Below are positions 29,924-39,383 of a stretch of DNA of 64,000 nucleotides, piece by piece (within the stretch, counting starts at the first letter, position 1; every line of letters begins with the position of its first letter). This DNA comes from a bacterium (GTDB taxonomy: Bacteria; Zhuqueibacterota; Zhuqueibacteria; Oceanimicrobiales; Oceanimicrobiaceae), in the NCBI GenBank assembly GCA_046757165.1, contig JBHHXT010000002.1, positions 40,928-104,927 of the forward strand. The letters are read 5' to 3'. Below the pieces are notes generated by a model. The model worked only from the letters and a program-made list of their open reading frames with translations. It was not told where the DNA came from and ran no database searches. The position numbers and the translations under genes were made by a program.

Positions 29924-30859
29924 ATGAAAATTGTGTACATGGGAACACCGGCATTCTCAGTTCAGAGTTTGCGGGCGCTTAGTGACAGTCAGCATGACAT
30001 TGCTGGTGTGGTCACGGCGCCCGATAAGCCTGTTGGCCGGGGCCTGAAAATCAAGTGTTCGCCGGTGAAGGAGCTGGCCCTGGACTTGGGCTTGCCAGTC
30101 TTTCAACCGCAAGATCTGAGAGAGCCGGATTTCCTGACCGGGTTACGGCATCTCGCTGCAGATCTGTTCGTAGTCGTGGCGTTTCGAATTCTGCCGCCAG
30201 AGGTGTTTGAAATGCCTCCTAAGGGTACCATCAATCTTCATTCTTCTTTGCTGCCCAGGTATCGCGGTGCCGCCCCCATCAATTGGGCGATCATCAACGG
30301 CGAGACCGAAACGGGGGTGTCGACCATTTTCATCCAGAAGGACATCGATGCCGGCGACTTGATTCTGCAAAAGAGAATAGCTATCGGCCAGGATGAAACA
30401 GCGGGAGAGTTGCACGACAAGCTCGCCGTTGAAGGGGCGAAGCTGTTGTTGGAAACGGTGGACCTGATCGCGAAGGGCAAGGGCCTGAGCATCAAGCAAA
30501 CAGGGGTGATGACGCGAGCTCCCAAGCTGACCAGAGAGCTCGGCAACGTGGATTGGCGTAAATCGAATGTCGAGATAAGGAACCTTATCCGTGGGTTGAG
30601 CCCGGTCCCGGGTGCGTATACGTATCTGCATGGCAAGGTGATCAAACTTTACCGAACCAGCCTGGAAGAGAATCACGGCGGAGGTCGACCCGGTCAGATA
30701 ATTGAAGTCGAACCCAGGAAAGGAAGCCTGGTTGTGGCGACTGGCTCCGGGAACTTGAGACTGGAGACGGTGCAGCCAGAGGGCAAGAGAAAAATGACAG
30801 CACGTGAATTTCTCCTGGGTCACAAACTCGAAAACGGTGACTGTTTTGGCTCAAAGTAG
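29924..30859 (+). CDS. fmt: Methionyl-tRNA formyltransferase
   Basis: MKIVYMGTP.F, INLHSSLLPRYRGAAPI, QPEGK. Confidence 0.97.
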   Translation: MKIVYMGTPAFSVQSLRALSDSQHDIAGVVTAPDKPVGRGLKIKCSPVKELALDLGLPVFQPQDLREPDFLTGLRHLAADLFVVVAFRILPPEVFEMPPKGTINLHSSLLPRYRGAAPINWAIINGETETGVSTIFIQKDIDAGDLILQKRIAIGQDETAGELHDKLAVEGAKLLLETVDLIAKGKGLSIKQTGVMTRAPKLTRELGNVDWRKSNVEIRNLIRGLSPVPGAYTYLHGKVIKLYRTSLEENHGGGRPGQIIEVEPRKGSLVVATGSGNLRLETVQPEGKRKMTAREFLLGHKLENGDCFGSK

Positions 30860-32186
30860 ACCATCTGTCCGGCAACTTGGCGTCAGAATCGTGAGTCAAG
30901 TTCGCCGGAATGGCCACTATGCAGATACGTTGCTGGAGAAAGCGCTGCGGCAAGGGCGCCTGAGCCAGACAGATAAATCGCTTCTGTCGGAGCTGGTCCA
31001 TGGCACCATTAGACAGCGAGGCTATCTCGATTGGGTCCTGTCGCAACTTTACCGGGGAGATTTTGCCAGGTGCTCCGTAGAGCTCAAGAGTATTCTCGAG
31101 CTGAGCCTGTATCAGCTCGAGTTTCTGGATAAGGTGCCAGGATATGCCGCCGTGTCCGAAGGCGTCGACCTCGCCAGGCGGAAGGGTGGCGCCAGTTGGG
31201 CGGGGCTGGTAAACGGCATACTCCGGAGTTATCTGAGGGAAAAAAAGTCCTTGACGCTGCCATCTGTCGCGGACGATCCCGTGCATGCCATTGCAACACG
31301 CTATTCGCATCCGGAATGGATGGTCCGGCGGTGGTTGGCACGCTACGGCACAGAAGACACCGTCAGGTACTGTGAGTACAATAATCGTCGCCCAAAGATT
31401 TGCTTGCGTGTAAACACCAGCCGGATCGACAGAGACGGACTCATCGAGCAATTGCACGATTTGGGTCTCGAGGCGAATCCATCTGAGAATTTTGAGGAGT
31501 TTGTGCGACTAGACCGGTTGTATGATCTCACTTCGAGTCAACTTTTTACGCAAGGGTATTTTTCCATCCAGGATGAGAGTACGGCAATCTCCTGCAAATT
31601 ACTTGCGCCTCAAGAAGGTGAGGTGGTCGTGGATCTGTGCGCCGCTCCAGGTGGCAAAACGTGTTATCTGGCACACCTGACGAATGATAGAGCTACAATC
31701 CTCGCGGTCGATACGAACGTGGAACGTCTGAAGAAGTTAAAGCAGAACACGAGTCGCTTTGGCTTATCGGGTGTACAACCTTTGCACCAGGACGCCCGTC
31801 GTTTGAAAGGGACGAAGGTTGACAGAATCCTCTTGGATGTCCCTTGCTCCGGCCTGGGTGTTCTGTCGCGTCGGTCGGACCTGCGTTGGCGCCGCAATTT
31901 AGAGGAGATAGGGAAGGTGAGCCAACTGCAGCGAGCTCTGCTGGAGAATGCAAGTCAAATCCTGCGGCGCGGGGGCGTCCTGGTCTACAGCACATGCACG
32001 CTGGAACCGGAAGAAACCAGCCTGGCAATCGAGGCATTTCTCGTCGATCATCCCGGGTTTCGGGTCGACAGCGAGTATGAGTTAGACAAAATCTGCTTCA
32101 AGTCGCAGGACGGGTGCTGGCGCTCCCTGCCTTTCTTGCACGATATGGATGGCACCTTTTCAGTGCGTTTGGTAAGAGAATATTAG
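30846..32186 (+). CDS. rsmB: 16S rRNA m5C967 methyltransferase RsmB
   Basis: NusB-like N-domain, YSHPEW, DLCAAPGGKT, DVPCSGLG, YSTCT; TTG start estimated. Confidence 0.93.
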   Translation: MAQSRPSVRQLGVRIVSQVRRNGHYADTLLEKALRQGRLSQTDKSLLSELVHGTIRQRGYLDWVLSQLYRGDFARCSVELKSILELSLYQLEFLDKVPGYAAVSEGVDLARRKGGASWAGLVNGILRSYLREKKSLTLPSVADDPVHAIATRYSHPEWMVRRWLARYGTEDTVRYCEYNNRRPKICLRVNTSRIDRDGLIEQLHDLGLEANPSENFEEFVRLDRLYDLTSSQLFTQGYFSIQDESTAISCKLLAPQEGEVVVDLCAAPGGKTCYLAHLTNDRATILAVDTNVERLKKLKQNTSRFGLSGVQPLHQDARRLKGTKVDRILLDVPCSGLGVLSRRSDLRWRRNLEEIGKVSQLQRALLENASQILRRGGVLVYSTCTLEPEETSLAIEAFLVDHPGFRVDSEYELDKICFKSQDGCWRSLPFLHDMDGTFSVRLVREY

Positions 32187-32209
32187 TTGGACAGGATTAG
32201 GACAACGCC

Positions 32210-32977
32210 ATGGCTACAGCTAGAGTTATTCTAAGGAAGATTTTCACACGAAAACGAGTGTTTGTCGCATCTATCCTCTTTGGTATTCTTGTGGGCTTGG
32301 GCCTCCTGCTGGATGAGGTGATCATGCCGTGGTACACCAAACATGGTGAGGCACTCGAGGTCCCGAACATCGTGGCCAAACGGTATGAAGTTGCCCAGGA
32401 GGTGCTGGAAATGCAGGGTCTGGAGGCTGTGAAAGCCGGGGAAAAAACGGATCCCAACCTGCCTTTCGGATACGTCATCGAGCAGAATCCGGCCCCGAAC
32501 CGGCTGGTCAAGAAGGGGCGGCGCGTCTACCTGACCATCAGTGTTGGCGAGCGAGAGGTGCTGGTCCCGAACCTGGTTGGCTTGTCTGAAAAGAATGCCG
32601 GAGAACGGCTGAAGAGTCTCGGTCTGCGTTTTGGGGAGATCGACTATGTTTACAAGCCGAACGAGGTCAAGGACGTTGTTCTCGCGCAGTCCCCGGAGGC
32701 AAACGCCCTGGTCACTGCGAGCTCTGCGATTGATCTGACAGTCAGCCTTGGGGAACCGACTGAAAACGTGACCGTGCCTTCCGTGTTGGGAAAAAACCTC
32801 GAAGTCGCAGAACGCGAAATCAAAAAGGCCGGCCTGACCATGGGAGCGATTGCATACAGGGTGAGCGATCAGGTTCTGCCCAACACGATCATTGATCAAT
32901 CCATCGCCGCGGGCCAGGTGGTTGAGCATGGTGACACCCTCAATTTGGTCGTCACCGTCGTCTCGCAGCCGGAGTAG
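32210..32977 (+). CDS. Membrane-anchored PASTA-domain protein (three PASTA repeats, no kinase)
   Basis: One TM followed by three VP..VG....A...L...GL repeats. Confidence 0.88.
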   Translation: MATARVILRKIFTRKRVFVASILFGILVGLGLLLDEVIMPWYTKHGEALEVPNIVAKRYEVAQEVLEMQGLEAVKAGEKTDPNLPFGYVIEQNPAPNRLVKKGRRVYLTISVGEREVLVPNLVGLSEKNAGERLKSLGLRFGEIDYVYKPNEVKDVVLAQSPEANALVTASSAIDLTVSLGEPTENVTVPSVLGKNLEVAEREIKKAGLTMGAIAYRVSDQVLPNTIIDQSIAAGQVVEHGDTLNLVVTVVSQPE

Positions 32978-32985
32978 TCGTCGCC

Positions 32986-33651
32986 ATGATCATTCTTGCC
33001 CCATCCATCCTTGCCGCTGATTTTGCCTGTCTAAAAGATCAACTCCAGGTCGCCGAAGAGGCTGGAGCAGACTGGTTCCATCTCGACATTATGGACGGCC
33101 ACTTTGTGCCAAACATATCCTTTGGTCCCCTGGTGGTCGAAGCTGTTCGAAAAATGACTGAGAAATGCGTCGACGTGCATTTGATGGTGGAGAATCCAGA
33201 TGCACACATTCCTCAATTCGTTGATGCGGGAGCGGATATCCTGACCGTGCATGTTGAAGCCACCCGGCATCTCCACCGAACGGTCTCCTTGATCCGGGAG
33301 CATGGCGTGAAAGCCGGTATCGCGTTCAATCCCGCCACGCCGGTTTCTTTTCTTGCGCCGATCATCGATCGAGTCGATCTGGTCCTGGTCATGAGCGTAA
33401 ATCCCGGCTTCGGAGGGCAAACATTCATCAGAGGGGTGCTGCAAAAGATTGGAAGGATCGCAGTGGCCATCGCACAATCGGGTCGCGAAATATACCTTGA
33501 AGTAGATGGAGGGGTGGACGTCACAACCGCTCCGGGGGTGGTTCAGGCCGGAGGGAACGTTCTCGTAGCAGGTTCGGCTGTGTTTGGTGCCCCCAACATT
33601 GGCAAAGCAATTGCTGATTTGAAAAAGAGTTATAGCGGTCAAGAGATCTGA
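32986..33651 (+). CDS. rpe: Ribulose-phosphate 3-epimerase
   Basis: APSILAADF, HLDIMDGHFVPN, DVHLM, MSVNPGFGGQ, EVDGG. Confidence 0.97.
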   Translation: MIILAPSILAADFACLKDQLQVAEEAGADWFHLDIMDGHFVPNISFGPLVVEAVRKMTEKCVDVHLMVENPDAHIPQFVDAGADILTVHVEATRHLHRTVSLIREHGVKAGIAFNPATPVSFLAPIIDRVDLVLVMSVNPGFGGQTFIRGVLQKIGRIAVAIAQSGREIYLEVDGGVDVTTAPGVVQAGGNVLVAGSAVFGAPNIGKAIADLKKSYSGQEI

Positions 33652-33678
33652 TTTTTCAGAAGGCTTACGGAAAATGAC

Positions 33679-33707
33679 TTGACATAAATCAATCAAATAG
33701 TTATCTT
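33679..33707 (+). promoter_or_regulatory. sigma70-type promoter of csp
   Basis: TTGACA-17-TATCTT. Confidence 0.65.
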
Positions 33708-33751
33708 TTCATAAATTATGTAATTCTGTTTTCTAGGAGGAGGAAGTAAAA

Positions 33752-33952
33752 ATGGCTAAAGGTCGTGTAAAGTGGTTTAATGACCATAAGGGCTATGGCT
33801 TCATCGAACAGGAGTCTGGCGAAGATGTGTTTGTGCACTTTTCTGTGATAGAGATGGAAGGTTACAAGACACTTCAAGAAGGAGCAGAGGTCGAGTTTGA
33901 ATGTGTTTCAGGCGAAAAAGGGTTGCAGGCAACCAAAGTTGTTCAAGCTTAG
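33752..33952 (+). CDS. Cold-shock domain protein
   Basis: VKWFN..KGYGFI, DVFVHFS; AGGAGG RBS. Confidence 0.95.
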   Translation: MAKGRVKWFNDHKGYGFIEQESGEDVFVHFSVIEMEGYKTLQEGAEVEFECVSGEKGLQATKVVQA

Positions 33953-33999
33953 ATGCTTGGCACCCAGTAACCGACAAAAGCAAAACAGAACAACAGCCT

Positions 34000-34027
34000 A
34001 ACCCCGATAACCATCGGGGTTTTGTTT
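34000..34027 (+). terminator. Intrinsic terminator
   Basis: AACCCCGAT-aacc-ATCGGGGTT followed by TTGTTT. Confidence 0.75.
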
Positions 34028-34057
34028 ATTCAGTTTGATTTTTGAGGAGTAAAAACT

Positions 34058-34492
34058 GTGAAAATCACCAAAAAGGACATTGACAAAATAGCCAGTGCGT
34101 TAGGTGTAGAAGCTAAGTCGATGGGCAACAATTATCGATTGGTTCTGGAAAACAAGGAAGACGGCCGGAAACTTTCCCTGGAAATTTATCCCGATATTCC
34201 AATTGGAAATGAGACAGGCAATTTGATCAGCGTTTATACACACAACAGCCATCTGCAGCTCCACTTTTGCAGCGGCTATGTTGTCAGCGAAATGCTGGGG
34301 GAAGTGACGTTCATTGGAGAGCATCAAGGACGTTTATCCGGCCTCATCATTGAGAAGGAAGCCGGCTGTTCACTCTACGCCAACGTGAACGCAAGCTTAT
34401 TGTCCGGTGATTTTACGAAGCTCGGCCCTGAAGTCATGCTCTCAGGTATTGCATTGTCATTGACTGAGGGAATTCTTCCTGGAAGCAGTTAG
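34058..34492 (+). CDS. Hypothetical protein
   Basis: 144-aa ORF with GAGGAG RBS and GTG start; no motif recognised. Confidence 0.75.
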   Translation: MKITKKDIDKIASALGVEAKSMGNNYRLVLENKEDGRKLSLEIYPDIPIGNETGNLISVYTHNSHLQLHFCSGYVVSEMLGEVTFIGEHQGRLSGLIIEKEAGCSLYANVNASLLSGDFTKLGPEVMLSGIALSLTEGILPGSS

Positions 34493-34502
34493 CAGCAACG
34501 TC

Positions 34503-35474
34503 ATGGATTCGCCTTGCGACCCGATCATGAAAGACACTCTGCAGGAGTTCCTGAGTTTTCTTCGCATAGAAAAAAATGCCGCCAGCAATACCATAAACTC
34601 CTACCGTCACGACCTGAAGCGCTACATTCAGTTATTGCAAGAGCAAAGTCTCGAACGTTTCGAGGATGTCGAGCCGCACCACATCCTTGATGCGCTCGCA
34701 AGACTGAGTGACAAGCAGTTGGCGGCAACGACTCAAGCCAGAAACTTATCCGCAATTAGAATGTTCCATCAATTCCTGGTACGGGAAGGGCTTGCAGAAA
34801 CAAATCCGGCGAGCTTGGTCAATTTTCCCAGGTTGAAGAAATATCTGCCACACGCCCTCAACCAGCATGAAATAGAATCGATTCTCAATCAGCCAGATGT
34901 GTCGACACCCAAAGGGCTGCGAGACAAAGCCATGCTGGAATTTCTGTATGCCGCAGGCCTCAGAATCTCGGAGTTGTTGGCCATGCGGCTGCCCAATCTA
35001 TTCTTTGACGAAGGATTCATTCGAGTTCTGGGCAAAGGGAGCAAAGAGCGAATCGTCCCCATTGGGCAGCAGGCTATCGATTGCACCAAACTGTACCTGA
35101 GCAAGGTGAGACCGGTCATTGCAAGACCGTCGAAAAGTTCGAGCTTCGTCTTCCTGAATTGGCGTGGTGGGCAACTGAGTCGGATGGGGTTCTGGAAGAT
35201 CCTCAAACAGTACGTGGCAATGACTGGAACTGACAGAAGGATTTCCCCCCACACGTTTCGCCACTCATTCGCGACGCACTTGATAGAAGGGGGGGCGGAC
35301 CTCAGGGCCGTGCAGGAAATGCTCGGTCATGCTGACATCTCAACAACGCAAATCTACACGCATCTCGACAGGGAATATTTGAAGGAAGTGCATCGCAGTT
35401 TTCATCCAAGAGAAAAATATGGAGATTCAGGTTTAGATGCCTGCAACACCGACAAGTCGTCCGATTCTTCGTGA
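34503..35474 (+). CDS. xerD: Site-specific tyrosine recombinase XerD
   Basis: RDKAMLEFLYAAGLRISEL, GKGSKERIVP, SPHTFRHSFATHL..GADLR.VQEMLGH...TTQIYTH; start may be 34527. Confidence 0.92.
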   Translation: MDSPCDPIMKDTLQEFLSFLRIEKNAASNTINSYRHDLKRYIQLLQEQSLERFEDVEPHHILDALARLSDKQLAATTQARNLSAIRMFHQFLVREGLAETNPASLVNFPRLKKYLPHALNQHEIESILNQPDVSTPKGLRDKAMLEFLYAAGLRISELLAMRLPNLFFDEGFIRVLGKGSKERIVPIGQQAIDCTKLYLSKVRPVIARPSKSSSFVFLNWRGGQLSRMGFWKILKQYVAMTGTDRRISPHTFRHSFATHLIEGGADLRAVQEMLGHADISTTQIYTHLDREYLKEVHRSFHPREKYGDSGLDACNTDKSSDSS

Positions 35475-36261
35475 GGAGATTGAGCCTTTGCTGGGGAACA
35501 AGTTGATCGGCAGGACGCTCCTTGCTTTCAACAAGTTAGGTTCGAGCAACGAGGTCGCCAAGAGACTGGCCAAAAAGCAAGCATCCGAGGGGACGACTAT
35601 CCTGGCTGAGCAACAAACTGGCGGGAGAGGACGGCAACAAAAAAAATGGTTCTCCCCTCCGTCCACCGGGCTCTGGTTCTCTGTTATTCTCAAACCTCAG
35701 TGCCATCTTGACCGACTGGGACTTATCTCATTGCTAGCCTGTGTCGCGGTCTCCGATGCCGTGAAATCAGAGTTGGGTCTCCGCCTGGCTCACAAATGGC
35801 CAAATGATCTCCTGAGCCACTCCAGGAAAGTGTGCGGTATCCTCATTGAGACAGAGTTCACCAGTCAGAAATTGTCGCATCTGGTCTTAGGGATAGGCAT
35901 AAATGTGAACCAAATGGCGGCGGATTTTCCTGAAGAACTGATGGACACGGCGACATCCCTCAGAATGGAAACCGGAGTGCTGGTCGACCGCCGCAGACTC
36001 CTTATCGCCGTATTGCGTGCGCTCGAGAAGTGCTATCTCAATTTTCTGCAACGTCGATTCGACTTGATCCTAAGAAAATGGAGGGATGGCTGCCCTTTCT
36101 TTCAAAGGACGATTTCAGTCGCCACGGATGGTGGCCGAGTCGAAGGCCTATTGGAAGATATCGATGAATTTGGCAGACTTTGTCTCCGCCTGCCATCTGA
36201 AAGAACTATCGTTCTCAGCGTGGGCGATATACTCCTCCGCAACATGGAGGCAATACGGTAA
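35437..36261 (+). CDS. birA: Biotin--[acetyl-CoA carboxylase] ligase
   Basis: AEQQTGGRGR, KWPND, KVCGILIE, GIGINVN; no N-terminal HTH. Confidence 0.93.
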   Translation: MPATPTSRPILREEIEPLLGNKLIGRTLLAFNKLGSSNEVAKRLAKKQASEGTTILAEQQTGGRGRQQKKWFSPPSTGLWFSVILKPQCHLDRLGLISLLACVAVSDAVKSELGLRLAHKWPNDLLSHSRKVCGILIETEFTSQKLSHLVLGIGINVNQMAADFPEELMDTATSLRMETGVLVDRRRLLIAVLRALEKCYLNFLQRRFDLILRKWRDGCPFFQRTISVATDGGRVEGLLEDIDEFGRLCLRLPSERTIVLSVGDILLRNMEAIR

Positions 36262-36380
36262 ATTTTCCACCTCGATGGCCATTTTTCAGCCACTCTTGCA
36301 GGCCTCAGCGCGATGTGTCACCCGACACGAGTTCGGATAACGCCAATAAACACAATGTCATGTTGCTAAGCAGCAAAGGT

Positions 36381-36396
36381 AGGCACGTTCGTTGCA
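36381..36396 (+). promoter_or_regulatory. sigma54 (-24/-12) promoter
   Basis: AGGCACGTTCGTTGCA (GG-N10-GC), about 50 bp before the activator gene. Confidence 0.65.
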
Positions 36397-36446
36397 GTTA
36401 GAAAAGATGCGGAGTTGTGCCCTTTTGAAATCACAAGCGTGATGCC

Positions 36447-37835
36447 ATGTACATACCCAGCATTCTTGTCGTTGATGACGAACCCATGATAAGTGGGATG
36501 TTGCAGGACGCCTTGAGCAAGAAAAACTACGAGGTCCGTGTCGCCGGTACTGGCAAGGCTGCTGTGGCCGCGCTGAAAGAACGGCAGTTTGATTTGGTCA
36601 TCACAGACGTGTATTTGCCGGATTTGAACGGTATCGAAATCCTCAAGCGAGCCAAACAGATCGAGCCTAGCACCGGGGTGATTGTCATCACTGCTCACAG
36701 TTCTGTGGAAAGCGCGGTCAAGGCGATGAAAATAGGTGCCTATGACTACCTCACGAAGGGATTCTCCCTGGCTGAAATCGAAGTCACCGTGGAAAAGTTT
36801 TTTAAGTACCAGCGTCTTGTTAAAGAAAACGAACTGTTGCGGTCCGAATTGGGTTCACGGTATGGGATCGAAAACATCATAGGCAACAGCGGTGAGATGC
36901 AAAACGTCTTTGAGATTGTGGAAATGGTGGCGCCGACAAATGCGACGGTACTGGTCCAGGGCGCTAGCGGCACGGGAAAAGAGCTCATTGCAAAAGCAAT
37001 TCACCAGAAGAGCCCGCGACGCCAAAGATCTCTGGTGAAGACAAATTGCGCGGCAATCCCGGAAGGCCTGATGGAAAGCGAACTGTTTGGCCACGAAAAG
37101 GGGGCCTTTACAGGAGCTCTCCGCACGACAAAGGGACGGTTCGAACTGGCCGACGGCGGCACGCTGCTGCTCGATGAGATTAGCGAAGTCAAGCTTACTC
37201 TGCAGGCCAAGTTGTTGCGAGTTCTGCAGGAAAAGGAGTTTGAGAAGGTAGGCAATCCAGAAAGTATGCACGTCAATGTCAGAATCATCGCCACCACAAA
37301 CCGTGACCTGAAACAGGAGGTGGAAAAGGGAACCTTCAGGGAAGATTTGTTTTACCGGCTGAACGTTGTCCCGATACATCTGCCAAGTTTGAGGGAACGG
37401 AAAGAGGATATACCGCTGCTGGTGGAGCACTTCATTGAAAAATATGCGAAAGAAAACACTCGTCCCATAATCGGCATAGAGGATAATGCGCTGAGTCATT
37501 TGCTGCAATATGACTGGCCAGGCAACGTTAGAGAACTTGAAAACACCATAGAGCGCGCTGTGGTGATTTGCAAAGACAAATACATACAGCTAAGACATCT
37601 CTATTTCGGAGATCAGGAAAGAAGTATCAACAAGAACCGCAAACCTGCCGTCACGCTGCCCAGCGGGATGACTTTGAAAGAAATGGAAAGACAGCTCATT
37701 CTACAGACCTTGAATGAGCAAAATGGGAACCGTACGTGGACATCTCAAAAACTTGGGATAAGCGTGCGGACTCTCCGGAACAAACTGCAGGAATACAGAA
37801 AGAAGAATTCCTCTAATGAGAACGGCAGTGGGTAG
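36447..37835 (+). CDS. sigma54-dependent response regulator (REC-AAA+-HTH), FlgR/FleR/FlbD-like
   Basis: REC domain; GASGTGKE, ESELFGHEKGAFTGA, WPGNVREL; HTH LGISVRTLRNKL typical of flagellar activators. Confidence 0.9.
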   Translation: MYIPSILVVDDEPMISGMLQDALSKKNYEVRVAGTGKAAVAALKERQFDLVITDVYLPDLNGIEILKRAKQIEPSTGVIVITAHSSVESAVKAMKIGAYDYLTKGFSLAEIEVTVEKFFKYQRLVKENELLRSELGSRYGIENIIGNSGEMQNVFEIVEMVAPTNATVLVQGASGTGKELIAKAIHQKSPRRQRSLVKTNCAAIPEGLMESELFGHEKGAFTGALRTTKGRFELADGGTLLLDEISEVKLTLQAKLLRVLQEKEFEKVGNPESMHVNVRIIATTNRDLKQEVEKGTFREDLFYRLNVVPIHLPSLRERKEDIPLLVEHFIEKYAKENTRPIIGIEDNALSHLLQYDWPGNVRELENTIERAVVICKDKYIQLRHLYFGDQERSINKNRKPAVTLPSGMTLKEMERQLILQTLNEQNGNRTWTSQKLGISVRTLRNKLQEYRKKNSSNENGSG

Positions 37836-37867
37836 GAAAATCTGTGCCTGATTAGGCAATTCTTTCC
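37835..37867. promoter_or_regulatory. Candidate enhancer (activator-binding) dyad
   Basis: GGAAAATCTGTGCC-tgatta-GGCAATTCTTTCC inverted pair about 200 bp upstream of a sigma54 promoter; IHF-like TAAGTAGTTGTTT at 37950-37962 in between. Confidence 0.45.
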
Positions 37868-38047
37868 GCCTACGAGTGCTCCCACAGAGTCCCATCGAAT
37901 CAGCCCTGAGTCACGCGCGTGTCAACGACTCGGGGGTTCAACATGTTCATAAGTAGTTGTTTTGATGACATCTAAAGATGCACTGCTCTTCACTCCGACC
38001 GCTAACATAGAGATGCGAAACCGGTGGACAAAGGCGGAACCCTTGCA

Positions 38048-38063
38048 TGGCATGGATGTTGCA
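38048..38063 (+). promoter_or_regulatory. sigma54 (-24/-12) promoter of fliA
   Basis: TGGCATGGATGTTGCA (GG-N10-GC). Confidence 0.7.
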
Positions 38064-38120
38064 AATCGTGGATGGCGTCCTGAGTCCTGGGTGTTCCCAG
38101 AATTAATTGGAGTGAGTGGC

Positions 38121-38888
38121 ATGAAGGCATCCTCGTACAACTACAACCTATGGAAAGAGTACACAACTCACCGAAGTCCCAAGATAAGAGAAAAACTGCT
38201 GGTTCAATACTTGCCACTAGTCAAATATGTGGCAGGAAAGATGATGTTTTCGTTGCCCACTTGTGTTGATTACAACGATTTACTCAGTGCCGGTGTGATG
38301 GGGTTGATCGGCGCCCTGGAACGATTCAAGCCCGAGCAAGGGGTTAAGTTCGAGACTTTTGTTCTTCCCAGGATAAAGGGCGCCATCCTCGATGAACTCA
38401 GAACGCTAGATTGGGCGCCACGCTCATTGCGCTCTAAGGCGAGGTTGGTTGAAAAGGTAAGTGAGCAGTTGGAGAAAGACTTAGGACGCACGGCAAGCAG
38501 TTATGAAATTGCAAACAAGCTAAACATGGACGTCGGAGAGTATGGTGGGGTTTTGATGGAGCTATCTAAAGCCTCGCTACTTTCCCTGGACGGCAGCAGG
38601 GTGGAGGAAAGTGAGCAGTTGACCTCCATGTACGATCTACTAGAAAATCCACAATCTGACAACCCGCTGCGAAGTCTGGAAAACACCGAGTTGAAGGGAT
38701 TGTTGATCAAGGCCATCGAGCATCTCAATGAGCAGGAAAAGATCGTGATGGCCTTGTACTATTATGAGGAACTAACTCTAAAGGAGATCGGGCAGGTTCT
38801 AAATATCACGGAATCCAGAGTTTCACAGATTCATAGCAAGGCTCTCGAGACGCTCAAGAGTTCCTTGGAGTCAGAGGTATTGAATTAG
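38121..38888 (+). CDS. fliA: RNA polymerase sigma-28 factor (FliA/WhiG family)
   Basis: YLPLVKYVA, DLLSAGVMGL, RIKGAILDELR.LDW.PRS.R, LYYYEELTLKEIG.VL.ITESRVSQIH; ATG 38121 after GGAG. Confidence 0.92.
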   Translation: MKASSYNYNLWKEYTTHRSPKIREKLLVQYLPLVKYVAGKMMFSLPTCVDYNDLLSAGVMGLIGALERFKPEQGVKFETFVLPRIKGAILDELRTLDWAPRSLRSKARLVEKVSEQLEKDLGRTASSYEIANKLNMDVGEYGGVLMELSKASLLSLDGSRVEESEQLTSMYDLLENPQSDNPLRSLENTELKGLLIKAIEHLNEQEKIVMALYYYEELTLKEIGQVLNITESRVSQIHSKALETLKSSLESEVLN

Positions 38889-38903
38889 CCGCACGGATTT
38901 GGT

Positions 38904-39383
38904 ATGTCCCAGAGCAATTCCCACACAGAGAGAACTTGGGCCAGGATTCTTAACAACTTCATGGATGAGTTGAAGCAAAGCGTTGATTATGACTCCGGCA
39001 GCCTTTTTGTTTTTGAAAATAAATCACAAACGCTAAAGGAAGTGGCCAAAAAAGGAGAGGGAATCGATTTTATCAGTTCAATTAATTTCCCACTGGGTAA
39101 TGGCTTGTCTGCGTGGGTTGCGCAAAAGGGTAAGATGGTTTATCTGCCGGACATTCATCGCGGTAGCCGTCACGGGTTGAATCCTGTACGGTCCTACTTG
39201 TCCATGCCTCTGGAAATCAACAACAGAATCATAGGCGTGCTAAATCTTGGCCACGTTGTCCCTAACGCCTTCAACGACCGCGAGCAGGAAAGGATATATG
39301 CCGCCGCAAAGGAAATCACCCGCAAAATTTACAATCATAGGTATTTGAGTTTCATAGCACATGAAGACCATTTTGCTAATTGA
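38904..39383 (+). CDS. Stand-alone GAF domain protein
   Basis: G.GLSAWVAQ.G, RSYLSMPL....IIGVLNL.H..PNAF. Confidence 0.85.
   Translation: MSQSNSHTERTWARILNNFMDELKQSVDYDSGSLFVFENKSQTLKEVAKKGEGIDFISSINFPLGNGLSAWVAQKGKMVYLPDIHRGSRHGLNPVRSYLSMPLEINNRIIGVLNLGHVVPNAFNDREQERIYAAAKEITRKIYNHRYLSFIAHEDHFAN

Noticed and set aside
30642..31457. 271-aa minus-strand ORF
   Set aside because: Antisense to fmt/rsmB, which have clear motifs
33981..34010. sigma28 promoter (CCCGATAA)
   Set aside because: Part of the csp terminator stem, with no TAAA at the correct spacing; no convincing sigma28 promoter seen by eye in the window
34503..35474. Phage or island integrase
   Set aside because: Sequence is canonical XerD in a housekeeping context, with no cargo or att sites
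37962..38120. 53-aa N-terminal extension of FliA in the ORF track
   Set aside because: Overlaps the sigma54 promoter; the RBS and homology fit ATG 38121
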